The notes beneath the pieces were generated by a model that saw nothing but the letters and a program-made list of their open reading frames with translations, searched no databases and was not told the origin of the DNA. From Squalus acanthias (lineage: Eukaryota): a stretch of 64,000 bases of DNA. Positions 1-12,600 of the stretch are shown here, one piece after another (position 1 is the stretch's first letter; each line of letters starts with the position of its first letter). The stretch is from positions 806,001 through 870,000 of the forward strand of contig JASTWF010000171.1 of the NCBI GenBank assembly GCA_030390025.1. Direction: 5' to 3'. Position numbers and translations under genes: made by a program.

Positions 1-1843
1 CCATGCTAGTATATTACCCCCAATCCCATGAGCCCTAATTTTGTTTAATAATCTCTTGTGTGGCACCCTATCGAATGCCTTCTGAAAATCCAAATACACC
101 ACATCCACTGGTTCCCCCTTATCTATTCTGCTAGTTACAACCTCAAAAAATGCTAACAGATTTGTCAAACACGATTTCCCTTTCATAAATCCGTGTTGAC
201 TCTACCCAATCCTATTATTATTTTCTAAGTGCCCTGTTACCACATCCTTAATAATAGATTTTAGCATTTTCCCTACTACTGATGTCAGGCTAACTGGTCT
301 GTAGTTCCCTGTTTTCCCTCTCCCTCCTTTCTTAAATAGTGGGGTTACATTTGCTACCTTCCAATCTGCAGGAAAAGTTCCAGAATCTATAGAATTCTGG
401 AAAATGACAACCAATGCATCCACTATCTCTGTAGCCACCTCTTTCAAAACCCTAGGATGTCAGCCATCAGGTCCAGGGGATTTATTGGCTTTCAGTCCCA
501 TTAATTTCTCCAGTACTATTTTTTTACGAATACTAATTTCTTTCAGTTCCACATTCTCGCTAGCTCCTTGGTTCTCCACTATTTCCGGGAAGTTTTTTGC
601 ATCTTCTTCCGTAAAGACAGACACAAAGTATTTGTTTAATTTCTCTGCCATTTCCTTATTCCCCATTATAACTTCTCCTGTCTCAGCCTGTAAGGGACCC
701 ACATTTACTTTCGCTAATCTTTTCCTTTTAACATACCTATAGAAGCTTTTACAGTCTGGTTTTATGTCTCTCGCTAGTTTACTCTCATATTCTATTTTCC
801 CTTTCTTTATCAATTTCTTGGTCCTCCTTTGCTAAATTCTAAAATCCTCCCAATCCTCAGGCTGACTATTCTTTTGGCAGCATTATAAGCCTCTTCCTTT
901 GATCGAATACGATCTTTAACTTCTCTTGTTGGCTACGGTTGGACCACTTTTCCTATGGGGTTTTTGTGCCCTTAAGAAATGTATATTTGATGTAAATTAT
1001 GCATTAATTCTTTAAATGCTAGCCATTGCTTGTCTACCGTCATACCTTTTAATGTAGTTTCCCAATCTACCGTAGCCAACTCGCCCCTCATACCTACATA
1101 GTTTGCTTTGTTTAGATTTAAGACCCTAGTTTCAGATTTAACTAAATCACTTTCAAACTCAATTTAAAATTCTATCATGTCATGGTCACTCTTCCCTGAA
1201 GGCCCCTTTACTACAAGGTTATTAATTAACTCTTTCTCATTGCACAATACTAGATCTAAAATAGCCTGTTCCCTAGTTGGTTCCTTAACATACTGATCTA
1301 GAAAACTATCTTGCATACATTCCATTAATTCGTCCGCCACACTATTACTGCAAATTTGGTTTGCCCAGTCTATATGTAGATTAAAGTCCCCCATGATCAC
1401 TGTATTACCCTTGTTACATGCGCCTCTAATTTCCTGATTTATACTCTGCCCTACATTATTATCCTCCTTTTCAATTTTGCCTATCTCTTCTGAAAGTTAA
1501 GTATCCTGGAATATTTAGTTCCCAACCTTGGCCACTTTGTAGCCACGTCTCCGTTATGGCTATTAGATCACACCTGTTAATTTCTATCTGCTCTATTAAT
1601 TCATCTATTTTGTTGCGAATACTTTGCACATTCAGATATAGTGCCTTTAGATTTGACATTTCTTTGTTTCCCTGATGTCACCTTAGTCACTGATGCCTTA
1701 TTACCTTTGTTACTCTCTCTGTCCCTTCCTGACCCACTCTGCTTATTTTTACCCAAAACTCTGCTTTAGAGCCTTGATATTTCTCTTGCTGCTTTTAAAT
1801 TTAATCTTTCCTGAATCCTCCCACCCCCACTTCATTAGTTTAA
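1..1843 (-). mobile_element. CR1-clade LINE ORF2 fragment (AP endonuclease + RT N-part), degraded
   Basis: LYLNVQSIRNK, ITETWL, MGDFN, SDH, KSPGPDG, NYRPVSLTS motifs across broken ORFs. Confidence 0.92.
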
Positions 1844-1849
1844 TGATGT

Positions 1850-2320
1850 AAAAGTGTTTAATGGGACCATCCAGAGGGAGCTTTACTCTGTATCTAACTC
1901 CTGCTATAGCTGACCTGTGAGTGTTTGATGGGACCATGGAGAGGGAGCTTTACTCTGTATCTAACTCCTGCTATAACTGACCTGTGAGTGTTTGATGGGA
2001 CAGTGTAGAGGGAGCTTTACTGTCGAACCCTTGCTGTACCTCCTGTGGGACTGTTTGATGGGACCGTGTAGAGGGAGCTTTACTTTGTATCCTAACTGTA
2101 CTAGATGTCACTTGCCAGTGCTAGTTGCGACAATGAAGAAGGAGCTTTACTCTGTATCTAACCTGTGCTATACCTCACCTGAGCGTGTATGATGGTACAG
2201 TGTAGAGGGATAGTTACACTATACCTAACCTGTGCGATACCTGACCGGAGAGTGTTTGATGGGACAGTGTACAGGGAGCTTTACTCCGTATCTCACCCGT
2301 GCTGTACCTGCCCTGGGATT
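1850..2320 (+). repeat. ~67-bp tandem repeat (gtgtttgatgggacagtgtagagggagctttactctgtatcta...); second cluster at ~2990-3310
   Basis: Direct reiteration of the unit. Confidence 0.8.
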
Positions 2321-3592
2321 ACCTCGACTGGGAGGGGCTTGGGCTGCTTTGTGACATTGTACCTGGCTGCTGCTGTTATTGGCTTCTGGCTCCTTTGTGA
2401 TGTCACCTGGAGACAGGTTTACGCCCCTGGTTACACACCATCAGTGGCATTTCACTGTGGGAGGAGATGGAGTTGGCAGCAGATATGGAGAGTGAGTTTA
2501 GTCAATATAAATAAGGGTAAAGAAAGAAAAGAACAATTTAATAGTAAAGTAAGTAATTCAACCAAATGTCATTAATTGCAAATATATTGAACTAATCATA
2601 GTCCCAGAAACAGTCCCCCTGTATTCCAGTTACAGATTCTAGAATTAATATTAATCTTTTTTATATTACAAGTTTCTTGGAGTGAGCAATATCTCAGGAA
2701 GCTGGAGAGAGAGAAGTCGAATCATCACCACACTAACTGGGCTGGAGAAATGTCACTGGGTTCACAGAGCAGATCTGGTGGGACAAGACCTCCAGTGTCG
2801 GAGATGGGATAAAACGGGAAGCTTCAACAATGTTTGGAAAGGTAAGGAACTCTACTGGGAATCCCATCAGTCCAGGATTTTGTCAAAGTGAGAGTCTAAC
2901 CAGCTACTGGGAGCTGTTCAACATCTACCATCAGGCTCACCCTTTGATGCAGCAAGTTGACCGGAGCTCAACTCGTGTATAAACCTTGCCCAGACCTCAC
3001 CTGGGAATGCTGGACACCTCCGTGTAGAGGGATTTTTATTCAGTATCAATCACATGCTGTACCTGAGCTGGTGTGCTTCATTGGGTAGTGTAAAGGGAGC
3101 TGTATGCTGCTTTTAACACATTCTGTATCTGAGGTGGCTGTGCTTGGTGAACCAATTGAGAGAGAGTTTTACTCTGTACCTAACTCGTGCAATACCTGAC
3201 CTGGAAGTGTTTAATGGGACAGTGTAGAGAGAGCTTTACTCTGCACCTAACTCGTGCAATACCTGACCTTTGAGTGTTTGATGGGACAGTGTAGAGGGAG
3301 CTTTACTCCATTATTGCCCATGATGTCTCCTCCAATTATTGCTCCGATGGTCCCTGAATCTGACACCCCTGATATCACTGATTATTGCTGCTGACACCCC
3401 TTTCTATTACAGGGTATAGACTGGTTTCAGAACAGAGGACTGTAATATCCCAAAACCATTGCCTGAAGCTGCCACTCACCGCCAAAGTAGGAGGGAGACA
3501 CACTGCCTGATCTAAAGAGAAGGGAGACTTTGAGGTGTATAATGCAAGAGGTGGGCATGGGGGCCATTGAATCGTGGGTCCTCACAGTTTGA

Positions 3593-3835
<243 letters not shown>

Positions 3836-4079
3836 TTGAATGGACTGGATTCACAACTGTCCCTGTTTCACTGAGATTCACAGAGTGAAACCAACTATAA
3901 ACACTTGAGGTTTCAGTAATTTGATGTTTAGAATGGCCTCCTTTGCTGCAGTAACTGTGCCAATGAAGTTAATTATATCACTGCTCACAATCTGACGGCA
4001 CAATATCGCACTTTCCCCCGGAGAGTTACAGAAATAAGTGTCGGCTAAAAACATCGTATTTCCACAAGGGAGAGTGTAA

Positions 4080-4365
4080 TTATAGGAACAGGAGTCGGCC
4101 ACTTAGCCCCTCGAGCCTGTTCCGCCATTCAGTGAGATCATGGCTGATCTGTGACCTAACTCCATATACCCTCCTTTGCCCCATATCCCTTCATACCGTT
4201 GGTTAACAAAAATCTATCAATCTCAGATTTAAAAATAACAATTGACCTCATCAATTGCCGTTTGCTGAAGAGAGTTCCAAACTTCGACCACCCTTTGTGT
4301 GTAGAAGTGTTTGCTAACTTCGCTCCTTAAAGGCCTGGCTCTAATTTTGAGATTGTGCCCCGGAA
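4080..4365 (-). mobile_element. CR1 3' end fragment
   Basis: GHNLKI...HFYTQRVVEVWNSL plus CR1 3' UTR. Confidence 0.85.
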
Positions 4366-4579
4366 CACGATGGATATCCTGATCCTGGAGCGATTGAGCC
4401 CAGTTTGATACTTGACCTTCTTGTAGGCGTGGACAATTCACAAACAAAGTCTGTGGTGTGAAGAGTGCAGGTCAATTCTGGCTCTCGATGAAGGGCAAAT
4501 GGCACAGAATGAAAGACAGCTGCCATGTGGGAGAGAGAAAAAAATATATATAATAAATGAAATGAATGGAGAAAAAAAG

Positions 4580-4800
4580 GAATAGGGGCCGAGGTTATGG
4601 TCTGAAATTGTTGAACTCTATGTTGAGTCCAGATGGCTGTGAAGTGCCTAATCGAAAGATGAGATGCTGTTCCTCGAGCTTACGTTGAGCTTCCTTGGAA
4701 CAGTGTAAGAGGGTGAGGTCTGAGTGGGAGTGGAGCGGAGAATTAAACTGATAGGCGACCAGAAGCTCGGGGTCACCCTTACGGACTGACTATAAACAGT
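4580..4800 (-). mobile_element. Penelope-like element fragment (GIY-YIG C-terminus)
   Basis: Reverse-complement homolog of ~5650-5860. Confidence 0.75.
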
Positions 4801-5307
4801 GTTGATCTCAGTGGAGAAAGTAATTGGGGTGGAGATGGGAAGGTGCTTCACAGGAGCGTTATCAAACAAAATTTGACAGCGAGCTACATAAGGAGATATT
4901 AGGAAAGATAACCAAAAGCTTTATCAAAGAGGTAGGTGAGAAATAGGAGGGGGCGAAGGATAGATGCTTAGGGCACTCCAGAGGTTATGGTGCGGGAGCA
5001 GGAAGAGAAGCCATTGCAGGTGATTCAGCTTCTCCGATCTCTCCACGTTACTGAAGTCCCTCATCCCTGGTACTATTCCAGTAAATCTCCTCTGCACCCT
5101 CTCCAAGGCCTTGACATCCTTCCACGAGTGTGGTGCCCAGAATTAGACAATATACTCCAGCTGTGTCCTAACCAGTGTTTTATAAACGTTTAGCATAACG
5201 TCCTTGCTTTTGAACTCTTTGCCTCTATTTATTAAAAAAAGACTTGCAATACTGAGCCTTTCACGACCGCAGGACATCCCAAAGCGCTTTACAGCCAAAT
5301 AAGTACT

Positions 5308-6122
5308 CCTCCAACATGATCCCCCCCACCAAACGCATCTTCCCCTCACCTCCGCAATCAGCATTCCGAAGGGATCGCTCCCTCCGCGACACTCTGGTTC
5401 ACTCCTCAATCACTCCCAACAGCCCTTCCCCTTCTCCCGGCACCTTCCCGTGCAAGCGCAGGAGATGCAACACCTGCCCTTTTACCTCCTCCCTTCCCAC
5501 TGTCCAGGGCCCCAAACACTCCTTCCAGGTGAAACAGCGATTTACTTGTACTTCTTGCAATTTAGTATACTGTATTCGCTGCTCACGATGCGGTCTCCTC
5601 TACATTGGGGAGACCAAACGCAGATTGGGTGACCGCTTTGCGGAACACCTCCGTTCAGTCTGTAAGGGTGACCCCGAGCTTCCAGTCGCCTGTCACTTTA
5701 ATTCTCCGCTTCACTCCCACTCTGATCTCTCTGTCCTCGGCCTCTTACACTGTTCCAACGAAGCTCAACGTAAGCTCGAGGAACAGCACCTCATCTTTCG
5801 ATTCGGCACTTTACAGCCTTCTGGACTCAACATTGAGTTTAACAATTTCAGACTATAACCCCTGCCCCCATTTTTCAGGCTGTATGATTCTGCCATCCCC
5901 ATTTGCAACATTGAATCTCTCCTGCCTCCTACCCTCGCACAGAATGTTCCTTCCTCCCCACCCTGCCCCCTTTCCCTGCCTCTGCACCTGCTTAAAACCG
6001 GTTACATCTCCAGCCTTTTCCAGTTCTGATGAAGGATCCCAGACCTGAAACGTTAACTCTGTTTCTGTCTCCACGGATGCTGCCTGGCCTGCTGAGTGCT
6101 TCCAGCATTTTCTGTTGTTATT
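5308..6122 (+). mobile_element. Penelope-like element 3' part (GIY-YIG endonuclease + pLTR), TSD taagtact
   Basis: NLVYCIRCSRCGLLYIGETKRRLGDRFAEH...GLN; duplicated taagtact at 5300-5307 and 6123-6130. Confidence 0.9.
6021..6060 (+). ncRNA. Minimal type I hammerhead ribozyme motif (Penelope pLTR)
   Basis: agtt-CTGATGA-agg...cct-GAAACGTTA-act: catalytic core with stems I and II and a palindromic stem III. Confidence 0.7.
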
Positions 6123-7554
6123 TAAGTACTTTTGAAGTGTGGTTGCTGTTATAATGTAGGGAAACGTGGCAGCCAATATATGCACAGCAAGCTCCCACAA
6201 ACAGCAATGTGATAATGGCCAGATCATTTGTGTTTTTTAGTGATGTTGATTGAGGGATAAATATTGGCCAGGACACCGGGGATAACTCCCCTGCTCTTCT
6301 TCGACATAGTGCCATGGGATCTTTTACGTCCACCTGAGAGAGTAGACTCAGTTTAACGTCTCATCCGAAGGACGGCACCTCCGACAGTGCAGCACTCCCT
6401 CAGCACTGCACTGGAGTGTCAGTCTCGATTTTTGTGCTCAAGTCCCTGGAGCGGGACTTAAACCCACAACCTTCTGACTCAGCGGCGAGGGTGCTACCAA
6501 CTGAGCCACAGCTGACAGTTAAGGGCTGGCTCGATGAGCACGAGGGAGAAAGGAATAGAAGGATATGCTGATAGGGTTAGATGAAGAGTGGTGGGAGGAG
6601 GCTCGTGTGGAGTACAAATGCCAACATAGACCAGTTGGGCTGAAAGGCCTGTTCCTGTGATCCAGACTCTGTTCCCACTGTGAAATCTGTATAGAATTAC
6701 ACAATCCGTTTTCTCGCTTCTCAGTTATTAAATACAAGATGGAACACTCTTTGAACACTGGCTCACCTTCTCACTGGAGTGTCAGCCTAGATTTTAGTGC
6801 TAGAGTGGGACTTGAACCCACTGCCTTCTGACTGAGGGGCAAGGGTGCCCACTGAGCTGTGGCTGACTCTGTAAAACCCAGGAGCCCTTAGGCTTTTTTA
6901 AGCAGCCTTCTCAAATTGTCCTGCCACCTTCAGCGATTTGTGCAGATACACCCCCAGGTCTCTCTGTTCCTGCGCCTCCTTTAAAATGGTCCCATTTAGT
7001 TTATATGTGCCTCCCCTCAACCAAGTACCCAGACTGATTCACTTCCACATGGAAGTACTGGAAATGACACACCCACCCAGATCTGTGGTGGGCCATCAAA
7101 GGCAGGAACCACTGCTTGGGGAGGTGGAGCTGGACAGGGTCTTGAAGGTTAATTGTCGTCAGCTTCCTGCATTCTAGGTCCTAATCTGAAATGCCGGGCT
7201 GGCATGGTACAAGGACATTGCGGTCCGGCTAAAGCCTTCTTTTGTGAAGACAGATGCAAAGTACTCATTTAATCTTCTCCAATAATCCCCCGTGTGGCAC
7301 CTTGTCAAAGGCTTTCCTAAAGTCCATGTGCACCACATTCACTGCATTTCCCCATCACCATGTCTGTCACCTCCCCAAAGAATGCTGTGAGCTTTGGCAA
7401 GCACGATCTTCCCTTTTGAAATCTGTGCTTGCAACTTATTTACTGTTATTATTTCCTCTTCCCCTAGATACCTGGTAACTTCATCCTTAAAACACTCAAT
7501 TTTCCCCAATACAGGTTCATTAGTTTTGAACTGAGGAGTGTGCAGACAGAGACA

Positions 7555-8079
7555 GTAAGTGGAGTATGGACCTCCTTTATTGAAGAAATTGCAGGAAAGA
7601 CCATCAGCAGGAACAGATTCCCGTTTGCAAAGCACAAGCACCCCCACCCCCGCCCCCCCCCCAACACCCCAAAAAAAAACTCATGTACAGGTTCCCTGAC
7701 CTCCCCCCCCAACGCCCTCGGGACAGGGCAACATCTCCCGACACCCACACCCGGGGACTCTAAGGGAGCAGACCCTCGCTCTACACACTCCCCTCGCAGT
7801 GAATGAATCTGCACTGAGTAAATCGGAATCCTGGAGTATGTGCAGAGTAAACCGAGCAGAGCAAAGCTCAAATCATCCGGCTCCAAAGAGAGAAATCCCA
7901 GACATTTAATAATCTGCAATTGGCACAATTCCTATTACAGAGTCACAGATGTGGAGCCGCCTTCAGTCACTCGCCGTCACCTCGATGAAATCACACCCTT
8001 CCCGATCCTCTCATCAACTCCTGCTGCTGATCTCGGGGAACTCAAGTCCCTTGAGTACCAGCCGGGACACGGGAGGCCA
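7555..8079 (-). other. Probable terminal 3' UTR exon of the MHC class I gene
   Basis: Pyrimidine tract + ccccag acceptor at 8080-8081; AATAAA at 7576-7581; unique sequence. The 3' end is approximate. Confidence 0.6.
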
Positions 8080-8221
8080 CTGGGGAAGAGAATTAGATTG
8101 TTACAGAGAAAGGAAAACCCATCAGACCCAGTAAACCCCCGCAAACACCAGCAGCAAAACTGTTCAGACAAACTCCAGCAGCAAAACCCAGCAGACCCCT
8201 CCACCCCACAAACACCAGCAG

Positions 8222-8700
8222 CACTTGCCTGGATGAGTGCAGCTCCAACAACACTCAAGAAGCTCCACACCATCCAGGACAAAGCAGCCCGCTTGATTGG
8301 CACCCCATCCACCACCTTAAACATTCACTCCCTCCACCACCGGCGCACCGTGGCTGCAGTGTGTACCATCTACAAGATGCACTGCAGCAACTCACCAAGG
8401 CTTCTTCGGCAGCACCACCCAAACCCGCGACCTCTTCCACCTAGAAGGACAAGGGCAGCAGGCGCATGGGAACACCATCACCTCCAAGTTCCCCTCCACG
8501 TCACACGCCAGTCATTCATCGTCGCTGGGTCAAAATCCTGGAACTCCCTACCTAACAGCACTGTGGGAGTACCTTCACCACGCGGACTGCAGCGGTTCAA
8601 GAAGGTGGCTCACCACCACCTTCTCAAGGGCAATTAGGGATGGGCAATAAATGCTGGAGTTGCCAGCGACGCACGCATCCCATAAAAAATAATTAAAAAA
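8222..8700 (+). mobile_element. CR1/L2-clade LINE 3' fragment in MHC intron 7
   Basis: LAWMSAAPTTLKKL.TIQDKAARLIG...WNSLP, 3' tail ctcaagggcaattagggatgggcaataaatg and A-rich end. Confidence 0.85.
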
Positions 8701-9283
8701 AACCAGCAGACCCCCCACTCCAACAAACACCATCAAAACCCATCAGTCCCACCCCACAAACACCAGAAAAAAACCCATCAGACCCACCCCCAAACACCAG
8801 CAAAACCCATCAGACCCACACCCAAACACCAGCAAAACCCATCAGACCCACACCCAAACACCAGCAAAACCCATCAGACCCACACCCAAACACCAGCAAA
8901 ACCCATCAGACCCACCCCACAAACACCAGCAAAACCCATCAGACCCACACCCAAACACCAGCAAAACCCATCAGACCCACCCCACAAACACCAGCAAAAC
9001 CCATCAGACCCACACCAAACACCAGCAAAACCCATCAGACCCACACCCAAACACCAGCAAAACCCATCAGACCCACACCCAAACACCAGCAAAACCCATC
9101 AGACCCACACCCAAACACCAGCAAAACCCATCAGACCCACCCCACAAACACCAGCAAAACCCATCAGACCCACCCAAACACCAGCAAAATCCATCAGACC
9201 CACACCCAAACACCAGCAAAACCCATCAGACCCACCCCACAAACACCAGCAAAACCCATCAGACCCACCCCACAAACACCAGT
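8700..9283. repeat. 32-33-bp minisatellite (aaacaccagcaaaacccatcagacccacaccc), MHC intron 7; degenerate copies also at 8115-8220
   Basis: About 18 tandem copies. Confidence 0.95.
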
Positions 9284-9630
9284 AATATTGAATCCTGGGG
9301 GAGCAACAACACTGGGAAATTCGACACCCCTGAGGAAATTGATTATCTGACAGGAGGCCACATCCAGGGTGAGAGGTTTCTGGACACCTTTACCCCACTC
9401 CCCTCCCCCACAAGATATCTCCAGCCTCAGACCGTACAGGACCAGCCATCTCCAGAAGGCCAGTCTCAGTGTTGAATTGTACGGCCCAGTCTTTAGGGAC
9501 TACACAGGGAGAGACAGGCACTGTGCTCAGATTCCACCCTTGAGATTGTACAGTAAACACCTGCTGTAATAGCCCAGTTAGAAGGCCAGGGAAAGATCTG
9601 CTCACACTAGTGATCAACACTATTCATACC

Positions 9631-9677
9631 TCAGGCAGTGGCGGAGGAGCTGGAGGAGGATTCCCCTTTATCAGAAG
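9631..9677 (-). CDS. MHC class I exon 7 (cytoplasmic end TSDKGESSSSSSATA*)
   Basis: attaacag acceptor; Ser-rich tail typical of class I; TGA followed by G|GTATG donor. Confidence 0.85.
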
Positions 9678-12600
9678 CTGTTAATGGAAGGACAGGCATT
9701 AAAAAACTGTTCATTGTCACACACAGAGAGAGAGACAGACGGAGAGAGACAAATGGAAATAGAGAGACAGAAGGAGGGAGACAGAGCCAGAAAAAGAGAG
9801 ACAGAGCCAGTCACAGAGTGAGAGACAGAAACAGAGAGCGAGACAGTGAAAGAGAGAGACAGGAAGAGAGAGAGAGAGAGAGATAGCGAAAAACAGAGAG
9901 AGAGAGACAGAGCCAGAAACAGAGAGAGCCAGTCACAGAGAGAGACACAGAGACAGAGACAGAGACAGACACAGAGAGAGCGAGCCAGACACAGAGAGAG
10001 ACAGAGAGCCAGAGCCAGATAGAGAGAGAGACGAACAGAGGGAGACACAGAGCAATAAACTATTCAGTGTATCAGACACAGAACGAGCAACGATTCACAG
10101 TTACGGAGATGCAGAGGATGTTTGATGGTCAGCTTACTGGTTGTAGGATTGTAGCCGCTCTTCCCTCCCCCTGTAAAACAAGGAACGCTCAGTGAGTGAC
10201 GAGACACCGACAGACAGTCAGAGAGGAGAGAGGCTCACGCTCAACCTGACACTCCCCACCACCCTGGCTCCACCACCCAGAGCCCCTCCCCCTCACAGAG
10301 CCCCAGCCCCTCAGCCAGAGCCCCTCCCCCACACCCAGAGCCCCACCCCCTCACCCTGGACCCCTTCCCTCAGCCAGAGCCCCCCCCCCACACCCAGAGC
10401 CCCTCCCCCACACACAGAGCCCCAGCCCCTCAGCCAGAGCCCCCCCTCCCCCACACCCAGAGCCCCACCCCCTCACCCTGGGCCCCTCACCCACACCCTG
10501 GGCCCCTCACCCTCCAGCCCAGTACACTTCCACCCACCACCGGGCCATCCCCCTGACACTGGGCTCCTGCCCCCGCTTAAAGGACTCCTCCACCTCCAAC
10601 CTGGCCCCTCCTCCCAATCCAGGCCCCTCCCTCCCTCCCTCCCCCAGCGAGGATGTGACCATTTTCTCTCCACTTCCTACCTTTCTTTCTGTAGATGACG
10701 ACAGCCACAATGGCGAGAGTGATGAGCAGCCCGAGGACCCCAATCACACCGACAATAGCAGGGACCATGGAGTCAGACTTCGGTACTGAGAGAGAGAATC
10801 AGAGACAGACAGGGATACACCGGGCACTTGTACTGCAATATCCCAGGATACACCGGGCCCTCGTACTGTAATATCCCAGGATACACCGGGCCCTTTCGTA
10901 CTGTAATATCCCAGGATACACCGGGCCCTTTCGTACTGTAATATCCCAGGATACACCTGGCCCTGTCGTACTGTAATATCCCATGATACACCGGGCCCTG
11001 TCGTACTGTAATATCCCAGGATACACTGGGTCCTGTCGTCTTGTAATATCCCAGGATACACCGGGTCCTTGTACTATAATATCCCAGGATACACCGGGTC
11101 CTTGTACTGTAATATCCCAGGATACACCGGGCCCTGTCATACTGTAATATCCCAGGATACACCGGGCCCTGTCGTACTGTAATATCCCAGGATACACCGG
11201 GCCCTGTCGTACTGTAATATCCCAGGATACACCTGGCCCTTGTACTGTAGTATCCCAGGATACACCGGGCCCTGTCGTACTGCAACATCCCAGGATACAC
11301 TGGGCCCTGTCGTACTGTAATATCCCAGGATACACCGGGCTCTGTCGTACTGTAATATCCCAGGATACACCGGGCCCTATCGTACTGCAACATCCCAGGA
11401 TACACCGGGCCCTTTCGTACTGTAATATCCCAGGATACACTGGGCCCTGTCATACTGTAATAACCCAGGATACACCAGGTCCTGTCGTACTGTAATATCC
11501 CAGGATACACCGGGCCCAGTAGTACTGTAATATCCCGTGATACACTGGGCCCTGTCGTACTGTAATATCCCAGGATACACTGGGCCCTGTCATACTGTAA
11601 TATCCCAGGATACACCAGGCCCTGTCATTCTGTAATATCCCAGGATACACTGGGCCCTGTCGTACTGCAACATCCCAGGATACACCGGGCCCAGTCGTAC
11701 TGTAATATCCCAGGATACACTGGGCCCTTTCGTACTGTAATATCCCAGGATACACCGGGCCCTGTCATACTGTAATAACCCAGGATACACCGGGCCCTCG
11801 TACTGTAATATCCCAGGATACACTGGGCCCTGTCGTACTGTAATATCCCAGGATACACTGGGCCCTGTCGTACTGTAATATCCCAGGATACACCAGGCCC
11901 TGTCATTCTGTAATATCCCAGGATACACCGGGCCCTGTCGTACTGCAACATCCCAGGATACACCGGGCCCAGTCGTACTGTAATATCCCAGGATACACTG
12001 GGCCCTTTCGTACTGTAATATCCCAGGATACACTGGGCCCTTTCGTACTGTAATATCCCAGGATACACCGGGCCCTGTAATACTGTAATAACCCAGGATA
12101 CACCGGGCCCTCATACTGTGATATCCCAGGATACGCCGGATCCTGTCATACTGTAATATCCCAGGATACACCGGGCTCTGTCGTACTGTAATATCCCAGG
12201 ATACACTGGGTCCTGTCGTACTGTAATATCCCAGGATACACCGGGCTCTGTCGTACTGTAATATCCCAGGATACACCGGGCCCTGTCATACTGTAATATG
12301 ATGCGGAGATGCCGGAGTTTGCCGTGGCAGGGTTGTGTGGTGTCGTGGTCGCTGTTATCCTGAAAGCTGGGTAATTTGCTGCGAATGATGGTACTTCTGA
12401 GGTTAGGCGGCTGTTTGAAGGCAAGTAGTGGAGGCGTGGGGATGGCCTTAGCGAAGTGTTTGTCGTCATCGATGACATGTTGAAGGCTGCGAAGAACATG
12501 GCGTAGTTTCTCCGCTCCGGGGAAGTACTGGACGACGTAGGGTACCCTGTTGGTTGTGTCCCGTGTTTGCCTTCTGAGGAGGTCTATGCGATTTTTCGCT

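Larger units (their letters stand above)
5236..6520 (-). mobile_element. tRNA-derived Deu-domain SINE (SacSINE1/AmnSINE1-like), split by a Penelope insertion
   Basis: tRNA-like head at ~6450-6520, Deu core gctgcactgtcggaggtgccgtccttcggatgagacg, tail resumes at 5236-5307. Confidence 0.75.
5030..7010 (-). mobile_element. CR1 RT fragment split by nested insertions (pieces 5030-5235 and ~6890-7010)
   Basis: YKTLVRTQLEY / ERVQRRFT motifs; the two pieces are colinear. Confidence 0.65.

Noticed and set aside
7840-8637. 265-aa plus-strand ORF
   Set aside because: Chimera of antisense MHC 3' UTR, minisatellite and a LINE RT tail.
10813-12297. ATTACAG|TAC in the 35-bp unit resembling the exon 5 acceptor CAG|TAC
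   Set aside because: Only 6 nt match and there is no pyrimidine tract; too weak to call acceptor reiteration.
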